NCBI GenBank assembly: GCA_963745835.1
Contig: CAVUZH010000020.1
Coordinates: 64,001-128,000, forward strand
From: an uncultured delta proteobacterium
Lineage (GTDB): Bacteria > Desulfobacterota > Binatia > UBA9968
Direction of reading: 5' to 3'
Length of the DNA: 64,000 nt
Shown here piece by piece: positions 18,720 through 28,740 of this stretch. Both the position numbers and the translations under genes were made by a program. Numbering within the stretch: the stretch's first letter is position 1; each line of letters begins with the position of its first letter. The notes beneath the pieces were generated by a model. The model did not search any database. It was given only the letters and a program-made list of their open reading frames with translations, and was not told the origin of the DNA.

Positions 18720-19724
18720 ATGAGATTCGTCTTTCGCCCAATGACGATCCTGACGGCGGTGGTGCTGTTGGGGACAGTGTCCAGTGATCTGTTTTCCCAG
18801 ACGAAGGCATTGAAGGAACTCAATACCTCGTACCCTCTCGGCGGCTCGAGCAGTTTTTTTTGGGTTGCCTATCGTTCAGGTTCCTTCGAAAGACAGGGTT
18901 TGAGACTTAAACCGATCTTCATCCCGGGAGGTGTCACCGCGCTCCAGTCTCTGCTGGCGAAGGAAGTATCGATTCAGTTGACCGCCGGTCCCGCCGCCAT
19001 TCGCGCCTGGGCTAGAGGCGCCAGAGAGGTCACCTTTATTGGAGCAGTCGGTAACCGGCTCGATTACATTATCGTTGCCCATCCCTCGGTGCGTAACGTC
19101 AATGATTTGAAAGGTAAGCGAATCGGCGTGAGTCAACTCGGCGCCAGCCCCGATTTCATCGCCCGGATGGGACTGCGGCGCTTGGGGCTGAATCCGGAAA
19201 AGGACGTTACCATCGTGCCGATTGGCTCGCCCGGAGAACGGTGGTCGGCACTGACAGCCGGTCATGTCCAGGCCTCGCTCTTCCAGGCGCCGTTCACCCT
19301 GCGGGCCCGCAAAGCCGGGTATGTGTCCCTGCTAGATTTTGCCACGCAAGATTTTGAGTACATCCTCTCCGGCGTTCTGACCACGCGCTCCTTCATTAAC
19401 TCGGACAGAGACACGGTAATGAATTTCATGCGTGGGTTGGCGGACGGGATGGACTTTTATCGCGACGAGAGAAATCGCGAGAAGACAATGAGCTATCTTC
19501 GTGAATATTATCGATCCAACGCCAACGAAGAGCTGGAAGAGACGATCAACATGTACAGCCGGGTCACTCCCGGCCTTCCGGCGGTGACAGCGAAGTCCAT
19601 CGAAAACGTCATCGTCAGCGACGGCGATCTTTCCGGCATGGGCCTCAAAGCGGCCGATATGCTCGATCTGTCATTCTTGCAGAAGCTTGCGGAAGAAAGA
19701 AAAGCCAAAGGCAAAGAGTCCTAA
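18720..19724 (+). CDS. ABC transporter substrate-binding protein (NMT1/SsuA-like)
   Basis: Signal peptide, DLKGKRIGVSQLG, GLNPEKDVTIV; GAGGAG RBS before ATG 18720. Confidence 0.88.
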   Translation: MRFVFRPMTILTAVVLLGTVSSDLFSQTKALKELNTSYPLGGSSSFFWVAYRSGSFERQGLRLKPIFIPGGVTALQSLLAKEVSIQLTAGPAAIRAWARGAREVTFIGAVGNRLDYIIVAHPSVRNVNDLKGKRIGVSQLGASPDFIARMGLRRLGLNPEKDVTIVPIGSPGERWSALTAGHVQASLFQAPFTLRARKAGYVSLLDFATQDFEYILSGVLTTRSFINSDRDTVMNFMRGLADGMDFYRDERNREKTMSYLREYYRSNANEELEETINMYSRVTPGLPAVTAKSIENVIVSDGDLSGMGLKAADMLDLSFLQKLAEERKAKGKES

Positions 19725-19789
19725 AGTAGCCAGGCCGCTGAAGCCGTCCATTCGAGAAGAGACATCGGTGGCCTCGACCCGTGAGCCGC

Positions 19790-20929
19790 TCACTGGGCTT
19801 TCTTCAGTCGATCGAACTGGGACTTGAACTTTTCACAAGGGTCTTCGTCGTCGATCCGTGGCGTGAACCAAACGTAATCAAAAGGCAATCGGCCATCGGA
19901 GTACGGCAGCGCGTAACTCTGCGGCGTGGTCTTCTGTTTATCGACTTCGACGAAAGATATGCTGATCACCCGCTTGTCCGGCGCCTTTGCTCTGATGTAA
20001 ACGGGTATGCCGTAATCGTCGCGGACATGACCGGCTCCGGCTACCAGGATCGCACCGCCGGGATCTCCCGCTGCAATCAAGCTCTGCGCCATCTGAGCGT
20101 CCCTGGCCCGCTGTACATCAACCATCGGTTTCAGGCTTTTCTCCGGTGCATAGCCGCAATGAGCGTCGCGTATATCAGCCGCCATGCTAGCGAACACAGG
20201 TTCGGGCGGCGGCCTGTCGAGACCCAATTCGCGCATCACCCGCGGATCGAGAGCGGCCAAGCCATCCCTGCTCATCTTCCTCGCAGTCGCAAGCGGCAAA
20301 TTCGTCGCGACGATTCTTAACTTTGCTTGAAGCGCGGCCTCGGCGATCGGCTGATACATCGCCCAATCCGGCCATCCACGTTGGTTCCAATTCACTGCCC
20401 TGCCAAGCCCGGCAGCATCGTTCGGAGCGGCGGCGAGATGTCCGGCGATAATGCTGGCGTCGTCAAGGCCGAGCATTTCAAATGCCACTGCGGGATGTCG
20501 TCCAACGGCGATCAGGCTCCGAAGCACTTCGGCCTGCAGCATGTGATGGTCGGGGTTGTCATGCCGCTCGCCGAGAAGGACGAAATCAGCGCGAGCCAAA
20601 CGCTCGACCAGAGTCTCGCGATCGATGAATCGGTCGGAGGAGACGTCCCAAATACGTCCGGCGAGAGGATGATTTCGACCTAGTGGTGATTTCCACGAGG
20701 TGGCCGAGCATCCTGCCAGGACACACGCTACGTAGCCCACGAGCAGTGCAAGTAAAGTCGTCGCGTGATGTCTTACTTGAAACCCAGCGGGCGATATCCC
20801 TCGTGCATCTGCAAGTGAAAAGTCGATTCCTTCACGGAATAACCGCGCCGTCTGTTGATTTTCAGCAGCAGTAAAATTTCCAGGGTCAGGTCTATCATCG
20901 CAGCGCAAACACATGCGCCGGTTAACCAT
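19790..20929 (-). CDS. ChaN (heme-uptake, Tiki-like) family lipoprotein; true start probably near 20780
   Basis: LAGC lipobox, VLLGERHDNPDHH, VAFEM, QRARDAQMA, AGAGHVR. Confidence 0.85.
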   Translation of the reverse strand: MVNRRMCLRCDDRPDPGNFTAAENQQTARLFREGIDFSLADARGISPAGFQVRHHATTLLALLVGYVACVLAGCSATSWKSPLGRNHPLAGRIWDVSSDRFIDRETLVERLARADFVLLGERHDNPDHHMLQAEVLRSLIAVGRHPAVAFEMLGLDDASIIAGHLAAAPNDAAGLGRAVNWNQRGWPDWAMYQPIAEAALQAKLRIVATNLPLATARKMSRDGLAALDPRVMRELGLDRPPPEPVFASMAADIRDAHCGYAPEKSLKPMVDVQRARDAQMAQSLIAAGDPGGAILVAGAGHVRDDYGIPVYIRAKAPDKRVISISFVEVDKQKTTPQSYALPYSDGRLPFDYVWFTPRIDDEDPCEKFKSQFDRLKKAQ

Positions 20930-21165
20930 GCTCGCTTCCGAATCCCAATCTCAAACTCGATGATGCCGCGACCGCTGGTAATGCTGGCGCAGCAGATCTC
21001 TGCCGTAATCGTTGCCGTTGGGCGTCCGCACGATGACGTGAATATGATCTTTGTAATGCTCTTTGTATTGGGGAAAGGCCTGGCCGGCTTGATGATCGAA
21101 CTCGACCAACAACACCGGGCTATGGATGCGGTAATAGAAAACGCTGTCTTCTTCCACGCCGCCGA
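20878..21165 (-). repeat. 288-bp direct repeat, copy 1 (within and after the intact DUF3500 gene)
   Basis: Matches 18313-18600 with 2 mismatches seen. Confidence 0.95.
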
Positions 21166-22138
21166 TCCAGGCAAAATAAGTGTCTTTGAAGTGCGAATGG
21201 GTTTCGGCCAATTTGATCGCCGCGTGACCGGGCCGCAGTTTGCCGACGTGAATCTCGACCAGCTGCGCCAGCAAATCATGCTGGGCGCCGTTTAACTGGT
21301 CATAGCGGATGCCTTGATACCCGAGTTCCAGGTTATCGCGGAAAGCCGTGGTGAATAGGTCCTTGGGCAGGCTCGCGCCGATCACCGCTTTGCCGCGCTG
21401 TTCGCCGGTCAGGCTGCGCATTAGCGCGAGGCCGCGCGCTTCTTCGGCCTGAAAGACCCGTGTGCCGGCGTATTTGCCGCTCAAGGCATGCACGGGCTCG
21501 GAGCCGAGAAATGCCGGCGTCATGGTTACCTGATCGCCGAGCACAAAAAAGTTGACGTTCAAATGATGACCGTCGATCTGCCAGCCCCAGGGCTCTTTTT
21601 CGGAGGGTGTGCCCATGATGCTGAGCCAATACAGATCCTCGCCGAACTCGTCGAGCTTGCCGGTCATTTCCATGACGGTCTCGTTAAGTCGCATGATGTC
21701 CCGCGCAGTTTGAAATCCTTGGGCGCTGAGGCTTTCTTGGAGCAGAGCCAACGCGTGATCGATCTGGCGGTCGGTCATGGCAAACAACGGCATACCATGG
21801 CGCATGATCGTGCGGTGGATATTGCTCCACAAGCGCCATTCGGGCGCGTCGACGGGGAAGAGCGTGTGGCGGCGCTGCTCGGCATCGAGCGAGGCGAGAA
21901 ACGCTTCAGCGGCTTCGCGGATGGGCTCCGTCGAAACTCCGGTCTTCTGAATGGGAAATAGTCCCTGAAGCGGCGCGCCGTCGGTAGTAACGCCTTTCCA
22001 GTTTTCGCCGAGCGCCTTGGCGGCGTTGTCGGCATAGTTCGGCGGACCGCCGCCGATGCGCAACGGCCGGCCGTTGCGCCGCGCCGCGGCGATGGCCGCA
22101 GGTTGATTGGTCGGTTTGGCTTCGCTGATGCTCATCAC
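20951..22138 (-). CDS. DUF3500 domain protein
   Basis: WGWQIDGHHL, TPAFLGSEP, YYRIHSPVLLVEFD, HIHVIVRTPNGNDYG. Confidence 0.88.
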   Translation of the reverse strand: MMSISEAKPTNQPAAIAAARRNGRPLRIGGGPPNYADNAAKALGENWKGVTTDGAPLQGLFPIQKTGVSTEPIREAAEAFLASLDAEQRRHTLFPVDAPEWRLWSNIHRTIMRHGMPLFAMTDRQIDHALALLQESLSAQGFQTARDIMRLNETVMEMTGKLDEFGEDLYWLSIMGTPSEKEPWGWQIDGHHLNVNFFVLGDQVTMTPAFLGSEPVHALSGKYAGTRVFQAEEARGLALMRSLTGEQRGKAVIGASLPKDLFTTAFRDNLELGYQGIRYDQLNGAQHDLLAQLVEIHVGKLRPGHAAIKLAETHSHFKDTYFAWIGGVEEDSVFYYRIHSPVLLVEFDHQAGQAFPQYKEHYKDHIHVIVRTPNGNDYGRDLLRQHYQRSRHHRV

Positions 22139-22303
22139 GGTTCTCCTGATCTGATAACAGTAAAATTACGCGCTCGCCTTTACCCATGTCAAACCGCGCC
22201 GGCGGATTTTCGCATTGACTGGTTTCGGCTCCGGTGTTACCTAAGCTTGACCGCGCGGGCCACGGCGGTCCGAACGGCTGTTCGGTCTGGCGGATTTTCG
22301 GCT

Positions 22304-23299
22304 ATGCGATTGATCATGAAATCACTGCGAATCATTTTTATTGGGTTGGCATGTTTGCTGACTCCGACTTCAAAGCTTTGGAGTGCGCAGGTCGTGCGCG
22401 TGGGCTATCCTTCGCTCGCCACAGGGTTTGCCGCCTCATGGGTGACGGTGGACAAGGGCATATGGAAAAAACACGGCCTCGATGTCGAGTTGATTTTCCT
22501 GCGCGGCGGCTCGCGCACGGTTTCCGCCTTGATCAGCGGCAGTGTCGATTTCATTCTCGGTTCGGATTTGGGGATCACGACGGCGATCATCCAGGGGGCA
22601 AGTTTGACCCGGGTCGGCGTGACGACCAACACGTTGGGCTATTCCATGGTCACGCAGCCGGGGATCAAAACCGTGCGCGATCTCAAGGGTAAGGTCATCG
22701 GCATTACACCCGGCCGTGACGCCGCCTATGCGCGCGTGGTCAAGCTGTTGCGCGACAACGGCATGGACTCGGCGAAGGATGTAACCTTTCTTTCGGTCGG
22801 CGACGGCGGCCCGGCGGCGCGCGTAGCGGCGCTGTCGAGCGGCGTGATTCAGGCGACCATGTTCACGCCGCCATCGGACAAGATCTCCGAGAAGGCGGGC
22901 ATGAGCATTCTTACCCGGCTGGATGTCGCCAACGTCGGCGGCGGCATCAATACGACGCCGGCATTTATCCAGAAAAACCGGCCCCAAGCGCTGGCCTTTC
23001 TGCGCGGTTATGTGGAGGGGATCCACTACTTGAAGGCGAACAAAGACGAGAGCCTGAAAATTTTTTCCAAGTATGTGCGCAACCCCGACCTCGGTATCAT
23101 GGCCTATCTCTATGAAGAGATTTCCACGCGGGCGGAAAAAGATCTGCGGCCGCAAGGCGAAGCTGTCCGCGCGCTGCTTGATCTCGCCGCCCTGGATTTT
23201 CCCCAGGCGAAGAAATTATCTGAGAAAGACAATTGGGATCTGAGCCTCCTCGACGAAATTCAGCGCTCGGGCTTTGTCGATCAGCTGTATCGGAAGTAA
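22304..23299 (+). CDS. ABC transporter substrate-binding protein (NMT1/SsuA-like)
   Basis: KGIWKKHGLDVELI, DLKGKVIG, RVAALSSG. Confidence 0.88.
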   Translation: MRLIMKSLRIIFIGLACLLTPTSKLWSAQVVRVGYPSLATGFAASWVTVDKGIWKKHGLDVELIFLRGGSRTVSALISGSVDFILGSDLGITTAIIQGASLTRVGVTTNTLGYSMVTQPGIKTVRDLKGKVIGITPGRDAAYARVVKLLRDNGMDSAKDVTFLSVGDGGPAARVAALSSGVIQATMFTPPSDKISEKAGMSILTRLDVANVGGGINTTPAFIQKNRPQALAFLRGYVEGIHYLKANKDESLKIFSKYVRNPDLGIMAYLYEEISTRAEKDLRPQGEAVRALLDLAALDFPQAKKLSEKDNWDLSLLDEIQRSGFVDQLYRK

Positions 23300-23786
23300 A
23301 CGGGAAGCTGTCAGGAGTGAAGGGTAAATAGTAAGGACTCAACCCGGGTCAAATTTGTGTCCGTCTCCTGGACCTAATTCCGTTCACTCGTCACATTTTG
23401 CTCCTGACTCTTCACTGTTCCGATGGGTTCGCAGCAGATCCCATCGAAGTTTATCCTCAAGCACTCCGGCTTGAATCCCGACAAAGACGTGATCGATCGC
23501 GTCCATCGATACCATAATCGCAGCGGTGCAGTCTCGGGCTACATTGACAGCTCCCGGATATATTAAGTGAGGCGTTTTGGTGGATGTCACCTTTGCTCCA
23601 ATAAGCGCCTAACGAGCATTGCGGTAGAAATTAAACGTGCAACACCGCTGGGCTCGTTTCTTTTGACACCGATCCAGAGACGGCGAAATCTCCGATGCGA
23701 CAGCATCGCTACTAAGTCGTTTGCCAGTCTCGTTCCGTCCATATATGAGCTAGAGATCATTTCGTTGACAAAAGCGAGGAGTCCCC

Positions 23787-25508
23787 ATGGAATCCAACAA
23801 GACCGTAACTCTACCCGTCGAGACCGTCGGCCAGGCTTATTTAGAAGTCCTGCGCGCGCGGGGGATAAAATATTTTTTCGGCAACAGCGGAACTGACTTC
23901 GGCCCGATCATCGATGCGTTGGCCAAGCTGGCGGCGGATAAGAAAGAATTTCCAAGGCCGATCACGGTTGCCCACGAGTTCGTCGCGGTGAGCATGGCGC
24001 AGGGCTATGCAATGATCACCGGTGAGCCGCAGGTCGTCATGGTTCACGTGATCGTCGGCACGGGAAACGCTTCGGCGGCGGTGATGAATGCGTCGCGGCT
24101 GAATGTGCCGATGATTTTTTCCGCGGGACGGACACCGCTCACCGAAGAGGGGCTGACCGGCAGCCGGAGCAATTTCATCCACTGGGGCCAGGAATCCTTC
24201 GATCAGGGCAGTTTGCTGCGCGAGTTCACCCGCTGGGATTACGAGCTGCGCAACGGTCAGCAAGTGGAGACAGTGGTCGATCGCGCGCTAGAAATGACGC
24301 TGGGCACGCCGCAAGGGCCGGTGTACTTGACCTTGCCCCGCGAAGTCCTGGCGCAGAAGATGGACTCGATTACAATCCATCCGTATCGGAAAAACAGAGA
24401 AGAGCCTTTGCAGCCGAGTGCGGAATCGATCAGGCGTACCGCGGAAATCCTCCGCAGGGCGACCAATCCGTTGATCATCACCGGCCGGCTGGGTTCAGAT
24501 CCGACGGCGGTCAGCGCAATGGTTTCCTTTGCGGAAGCGTTGGTTGCGCCCGTGGTCGCGCCGGCAAGTCCGTTCGTGAGCATGCCCAACACGCACGACT
24601 ATCACCTTGGCGTGAGCTCAGCCCCTTACATCAAAGATGCGGATGTCGTGGTGGTCGTCGAAAGCGATGTGCCCTGGTATCCAGCTCAGGGAAAGCCGCC
24701 GGAAACTGCCAAGGTCATTCAGATCGCGCGCGATCCGAACTACAGCGGCGTGCCGATCCGCAGCTTTCCGAAAGATATTTCCATCGGCGGCGATCCCAAG
24801 CTCTCGCTCCAATTGCTGGCTGAAGAATTACGAAAAGGACCACGCGATGAGAAGGCTCTTTCGGAGCGCGCCGAGCACATCCGCGCTAGGCATAAGAAAT
24901 ATCGTGAGGACGTGAAGCAAAAAGCGGAGAAGGCGAGCGGCTACCGGCCGATCAGTCACGCTTGGCTGGCGTGTTGCGTCGATCAGGTGCGCGATCGCGA
25001 CACGGTTGTGTTGAGCGATCATGGCATCGGCAACGAAGTGCTCAACTTGAGCGAACCGGAAACTTATTTCGGCGGCTCGCCCGCGGGAGGATTGGGTTGG
25101 GGCATCGGCGGCGGTTTGGGCATGAAGCTCGCGCGTCCGGAAAAAACTTTCATCGTCACCGTCGGTGACGGGACCTACATGTTCAACAATCCGACCGCCT
25201 GCCATCTGGTGTCGCAATCTTACGGTCTGCCGATGCTGACGATCATCTGTAACAACGCGATCTGGCATGCCAGCAAAGCGGCGACACAGCAGGTGATGCC
25301 GGACGGGTGGGCGGTCAGCACGGGCAATTTCCCGTTGTGCGATCTCACACCGTCACCGCGCTACGAAAAGATCGTCGAAGCGCACGACGGTTACGGCGAA
25401 ATGGTCGAAGATCCTCAGCAACTGCTATCGGCGCTGCAGCGGGCGCTCAAAGTTGTCAAAGAGGAAAAACGCCAGGCGGTGCTGAACGTGATTTGCGGCA
25501 GTCACTGA
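23787..25508 (+). CDS. Thiamine pyrophosphate-dependent enzyme (acetolactate synthase-like family)
   Basis: HE..AVSMAQGYA, GPVYLTLP, GGLGWG, GDG...CNN TPP motif. Confidence 0.9.
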   Translation: MESNKTVTLPVETVGQAYLEVLRARGIKYFFGNSGTDFGPIIDALAKLAADKKEFPRPITVAHEFVAVSMAQGYAMITGEPQVVMVHVIVGTGNASAAVMNASRLNVPMIFSAGRTPLTEEGLTGSRSNFIHWGQESFDQGSLLREFTRWDYELRNGQQVETVVDRALEMTLGTPQGPVYLTLPREVLAQKMDSITIHPYRKNREEPLQPSAESIRRTAEILRRATNPLIITGRLGSDPTAVSAMVSFAEALVAPVVAPASPFVSMPNTHDYHLGVSSAPYIKDADVVVVVESDVPWYPAQGKPPETAKVIQIARDPNYSGVPIRSFPKDISIGGDPKLSLQLLAEELRKGPRDEKALSERAEHIRARHKKYREDVKQKAEKASGYRPISHAWLACCVDQVRDRDTVVLSDHGIGNEVLNLSEPETYFGGSPAGGLGWGIGGGLGMKLARPEKTFIVTVGDGTYMFNNPTACHLVSQSYGLPMLTIICNNAIWHASKAATQQVMPDGWAVSTGNFPLCDLTPSPRYEKIVEAHDGYGEMVEDPQQLLSALQRALKVVKEEKRQAVLNVICGSH

Positions 25509-25683
25509 GGCGGCGGGTTTCTTCCTGGGTCGCCCGTTGAAAGGATCCGGCGCTACGCGTCAAGGTTGCGCCAGTGCGGAGATCGATGTCCTTACCCCGC
25601 AGCACCGATCATTCGCTCCTGGCGAACGGATCTTTGATCGACGCCCCGCTTGTCGCGGTGTGCCCGTGCCGGCGCTCCGATAA

Positions 25684-26265
25684 TCAGCGAGCTAACGACG
25701 TACTTGGCTTGCCTCTTTGCAGCACCGACCCGACGATTGCCCCGCCGACCGCCGCGCTCAGGATTGTCCTCCATGGCCGGGGACGTTGCACGAGTTCGAA
25801 CTCGACGCTTCGAATATGATCATCCTTCTTGAGCATGACAGACGCGCTCTGTGGCTCGATGCTGCGAGAGCCAATTAATACAACCGCAACCGGATTGGCC
25901 CGGCTCCATATGCCTCTTAGAGTCGGCGTGATTCGATACTGCCCGTCGGGAAAAGCATTCAGATGGATGCCTTGCCCCCAGATTTGAAAACTAAGCTGGT
26001 GGTAATCGCCTTCATCCGGTAAGTCCCAACAAGAAACAGAATCAACCACATCTTTCCAGATGCCGGTGCCGGGAATCGGCTCGTACTTTCCACCGCCGAC
26101 AGCGCGGAACTGAGTTGCCGTATGCTCTTCCACGCGAATGTTGAAACCGCTGCACAGATCGCCCAGAGGTCTACCGATGTATTTCTTCCAACGGATGGTG
26201 CCAAAGATCGTCGGTGGTAATGCCACGAGATCGTCGATCGAAACTGTGTCAAACGCTTGCATCAT
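25684..26265 (-). CDS. Hypothetical protein
   Basis: 193-aa ORF with GGAGAG RBS and a C-terminal hydrophobic segment; no family recognised. Confidence 0.55.
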   Translation of the reverse strand: MMQAFDTVSIDDLVALPPTIFGTIRWKKYIGRPLGDLCSGFNIRVEEHTATQFRAVGGGKYEPIPGTGIWKDVVDSVSCWDLPDEGDYHQLSFQIWGQGIHLNAFPDGQYRITPTLRGIWSRANPVAVVLIGSRSIEPQSASVMLKKDDHIRSVEFELVQRPRPWRTILSAAVGGAIVGSVLQRGKPSTSLAR

Positions 26266-26430
26266 CTTCTCTCCCCATGCGGACTAGAATATTCACGTCT
26301 TCTTCAAACAGTGGCAGTAGTAGGGTCGATCTCTATCTTTGACATTGCTCCAGGTGTTTGACTCAGACTTTGACTTCTCGGCGCGGGTCAGGATTTCAAA
26401 ATACCTGTTCCTTGTCCCGTCGTAAGTCGC

Positions 26431-27438
26431 TTACCTATAAATTTGCTCGATGAAACCACTCTTTTCCAGTTCCCGGACGACGCTGTCATCAATCAGGTCG
26501 TCAATCTTGAGTGTGGCGCCCGGTCTGCGACTCAGCGCTTCATTGATCTGAACTTGGGTCCCTTCGCGGGTTACCAATGGAACCCGATCATGCAACTTGA
26601 CCATGGCGTTGTAGGAGGCTTCTAAGAACTGTGGATTGTACTGCCGGGCGTACTTGCCGATTAATTTCTTGCTTTCTTCCTTTCGAGTTTTGAGAAAATG
26701 TGTCGTCTCAATCAGCGCCATGGTAATTCGTTTAACCGTATCTCGACGGGTCAGCAGAAAGTTCTTGGTCATTACGGAACAAATGAACGGGAAATCGTAG
26801 CGCTTTTTAAAATCCGCTGTGCTGATGAGTATGCGATGCGGCATCCCCTGAGCAAGATGAATAATGCCCGGAGGCGATGGGAACCCTGCGATTCTTCCGG
26901 TTCGAAATGCGCTGGCGCGTTCAGAGCTGCCCCCGACTTGAAGAATCGGCACGTCTTTCACTGGTTCAAGACCCAGCCCGCGAACCAAAACCCGGGCGGC
27001 CACATCTGAGGAGCTGCCGAGCCGGCTGATACCGATGTTTTTTCCGCGTAGGTCTTCAGCCGACTTGATCGATTCGTTAACTACGAGTTCGTAGGGTAAG
27101 GTGTTGATGTAGCAAGCCGTCAGCACTAGGTTTGCCCCGCCGACCGCCGCGCTTGCCACCACGCCTCCGGAGGTGTTTGCAACCTGAATGTCGCCCGCTA
27201 CCACGCTCAGAACAGTGGTCGTTGAGCTGGGGATGAAAATCAACTCGACATCGAGCCCGTATTTTTTATAGATGCCGGTGTCGAGGGCGGAATACCAGAT
27301 TACGTTGGTGGAGTTGTCGGCGCTATAGGCAATCTTTATTCGCTCCTGAGCCGCACTTTGCTCGGCCATCGCAAACTGGCCACAAGCCGACAATGCCATA
27401 GCGACAATAATTAATTGGCTTCTCACTTTTAGCTTCAT
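26431..27438 (-). CDS. ABC transporter substrate-binding protein (NMT1/SsuA-like)
   Basis: GIYKKYGLDVELI, DLRGKNIGISRLGSSSD, GLEPVKDV. Confidence 0.88.
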   Translation of the reverse strand: MKLKVRSQLIIVAMALSACGQFAMAEQSAAQERIKIAYSADNSTNVIWYSALDTGIYKKYGLDVELIFIPSSTTTVLSVVAGDIQVANTSGGVVASAAVGGANLVLTACYINTLPYELVVNESIKSAEDLRGKNIGISRLGSSSDVAARVLVRGLGLEPVKDVPILQVGGSSERASAFRTGRIAGFPSPPGIIHLAQGMPHRILISTADFKKRYDFPFICSVMTKNFLLTRRDTVKRITMALIETTHFLKTRKEESKKLIGKYARQYNPQFLEASYNAMVKLHDRVPLVTREGTQVQINEALSRRPGATLKIDDLIDDSVVRELEKSGFIEQIYR

Positions 27439-27665
27439 GTGTATCTGCTAACTGAGATTGTCATCGTACTAACGATGGAGATATCAGGATTACAGACGAA
27501 TGTTCAACAGTTTTTAGGTGTTGGAGAAAATGAGTAGAATCATTCTTACATAAAAAATTCTGTTGGCAGAATTTCGAATTGACTATTGTCTGGCCGTGCT
27601 TCCAAGCTCGGATCGCAGTTTACAGTCTGATGAGCAATGCTAGTCCACTTAGTCATCCATGTCCG

Positions 27666-28055
27666 TTATTTTTCCTTATTGGCTGACATGTTCATTCGCC
27701 CTACCCAGATGAAGGCAACGGCGAAAAGCAGATGAATGACAGCGAACAGCTTGGTCAACGGCCGCGCCCCACTGAACAATCCCCATAAGTCCAAGGCCGC
27801 TATGGCAGCAAATCCGATAAGATTGCCGAGTATGATAGCGTTCCGTGCCCTGGACGGCTCAGCGTTTCGCGCCATCCAGTTAAGGACCGCAATTCCCAGT
27901 AAAGGGCTGCCGAAAAACCGCAGATAGGCAATTAGCGCGGCGGAGGCGTCGTTGGGAACAGCGTCAACGCCGAAGCGCTGCGGGGCAAAGATTAATCCGA
28001 GGCCGACAAAAGCCAGGTAGATAGAGGCGACGCTGAGCAGGATCCTGAGTTTCAT
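27666..28055 (-). CDS. Small four-TM membrane protein
   Basis: Four hydrophobic segments; AAGGAAG RBS. Confidence 0.7.
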   Translation of the reverse strand: MKLRILLSVASIYLAFVGLGLIFAPQRFGVDAVPNDASAALIAYLRFFGSPLLGIAVLNWMARNAEPSRARNAIILGNLIGFAAIAALDLWGLFSGARPLTKLFAVIHLLFAVAFIWVGRMNMSANKEK

Positions 28056-28323
28056 GGGAAAAGCTTCCTTTCGGTAATTGAGTTGTCTGAATTACCCCTA
28101 GGCACAGGAGGGCTTTCCGGTAAGTGATGGATGAAGAGATGGGGGATATAGTTTGACTAGCTGGATAAACTCCACTGCTTGCAAGGTCGAAATTTACAGT
28201 CTCGCTATTCGTTCTATTAACAGCGTTATCATTTAAAAGTCGCGAGAGCGTCTGGTGGGCTCTGACCGCAAATCACCTGAAGGACGTTCGGAGCGTTTTT
28301 GCCTGACAGAGATAGTGGCGAAT

Positions 28324-28740
28324 TCACCGGTCAAAGTCTTCCGCTCTTAATTGGATCGGTTTTCCATGCGGCGTTCGGCGCGTCGCGCGCTCCCACGCTT
28401 GGTAATGTTGCGCCAGAGCTTGGGCCGAGGTCGCGCTTTTTTCGGCGACCATGCGCTCGAGGGTTGCGAGCCAATGAAGATAATAAGTTTCGCCTGTGTC
28501 GGGGTCGCCGGCAGCCTGCGCCTTTTTGATCTCCTCGCCAAGCATCGCCGACCACTCGCTCCAGGCGAACAGACCTTTTTGATAGAGCGCCAGCGCCATG
28601 GCAAACGCGTGGGCTTCCCAGGGCGCGCTAAAGACCGGGCCGTTATCATCGCGCGGCATGCCTGGAACAGCTTCGGCGACGCGCCGGGCGGCTTCCGGTT
28701 CGATGGATGACGATTCAGACACGTTCGAGATAAGGTTCAA
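28324..28740 (-). CDS. Nitrile hydratase accessory/activator protein (P14K-like)
   Basis: PVFSAPWEAHAFAM, WSEWS, YYLHWLATLE, RTPHGKPI. Confidence 0.88.
   Translation of the reverse strand: MNLISNVSESSSIEPEAARRVAEAVPGMPRDDNGPVFSAPWEAHAFAMALALYQKGLFAWSEWSAMLGEEIKKAQAAGDPDTGETYYLHWLATLERMVAEKSATSAQALAQHYQAWERATRRTPHGKPIQLRAEDFDR

Noticed and set aside
18386-18823. 145-aa ORF as a real gene
   Set aside because: It is a chimera of the duplicated DUF3500 tail with antisense sequence of the neighbouring gene and its promoter.
18313-21165. Diversity-generating retroelement TR/VR pair
   Set aside because: No reverse transcriptase in the window; only two mismatches, both outside the coding part.
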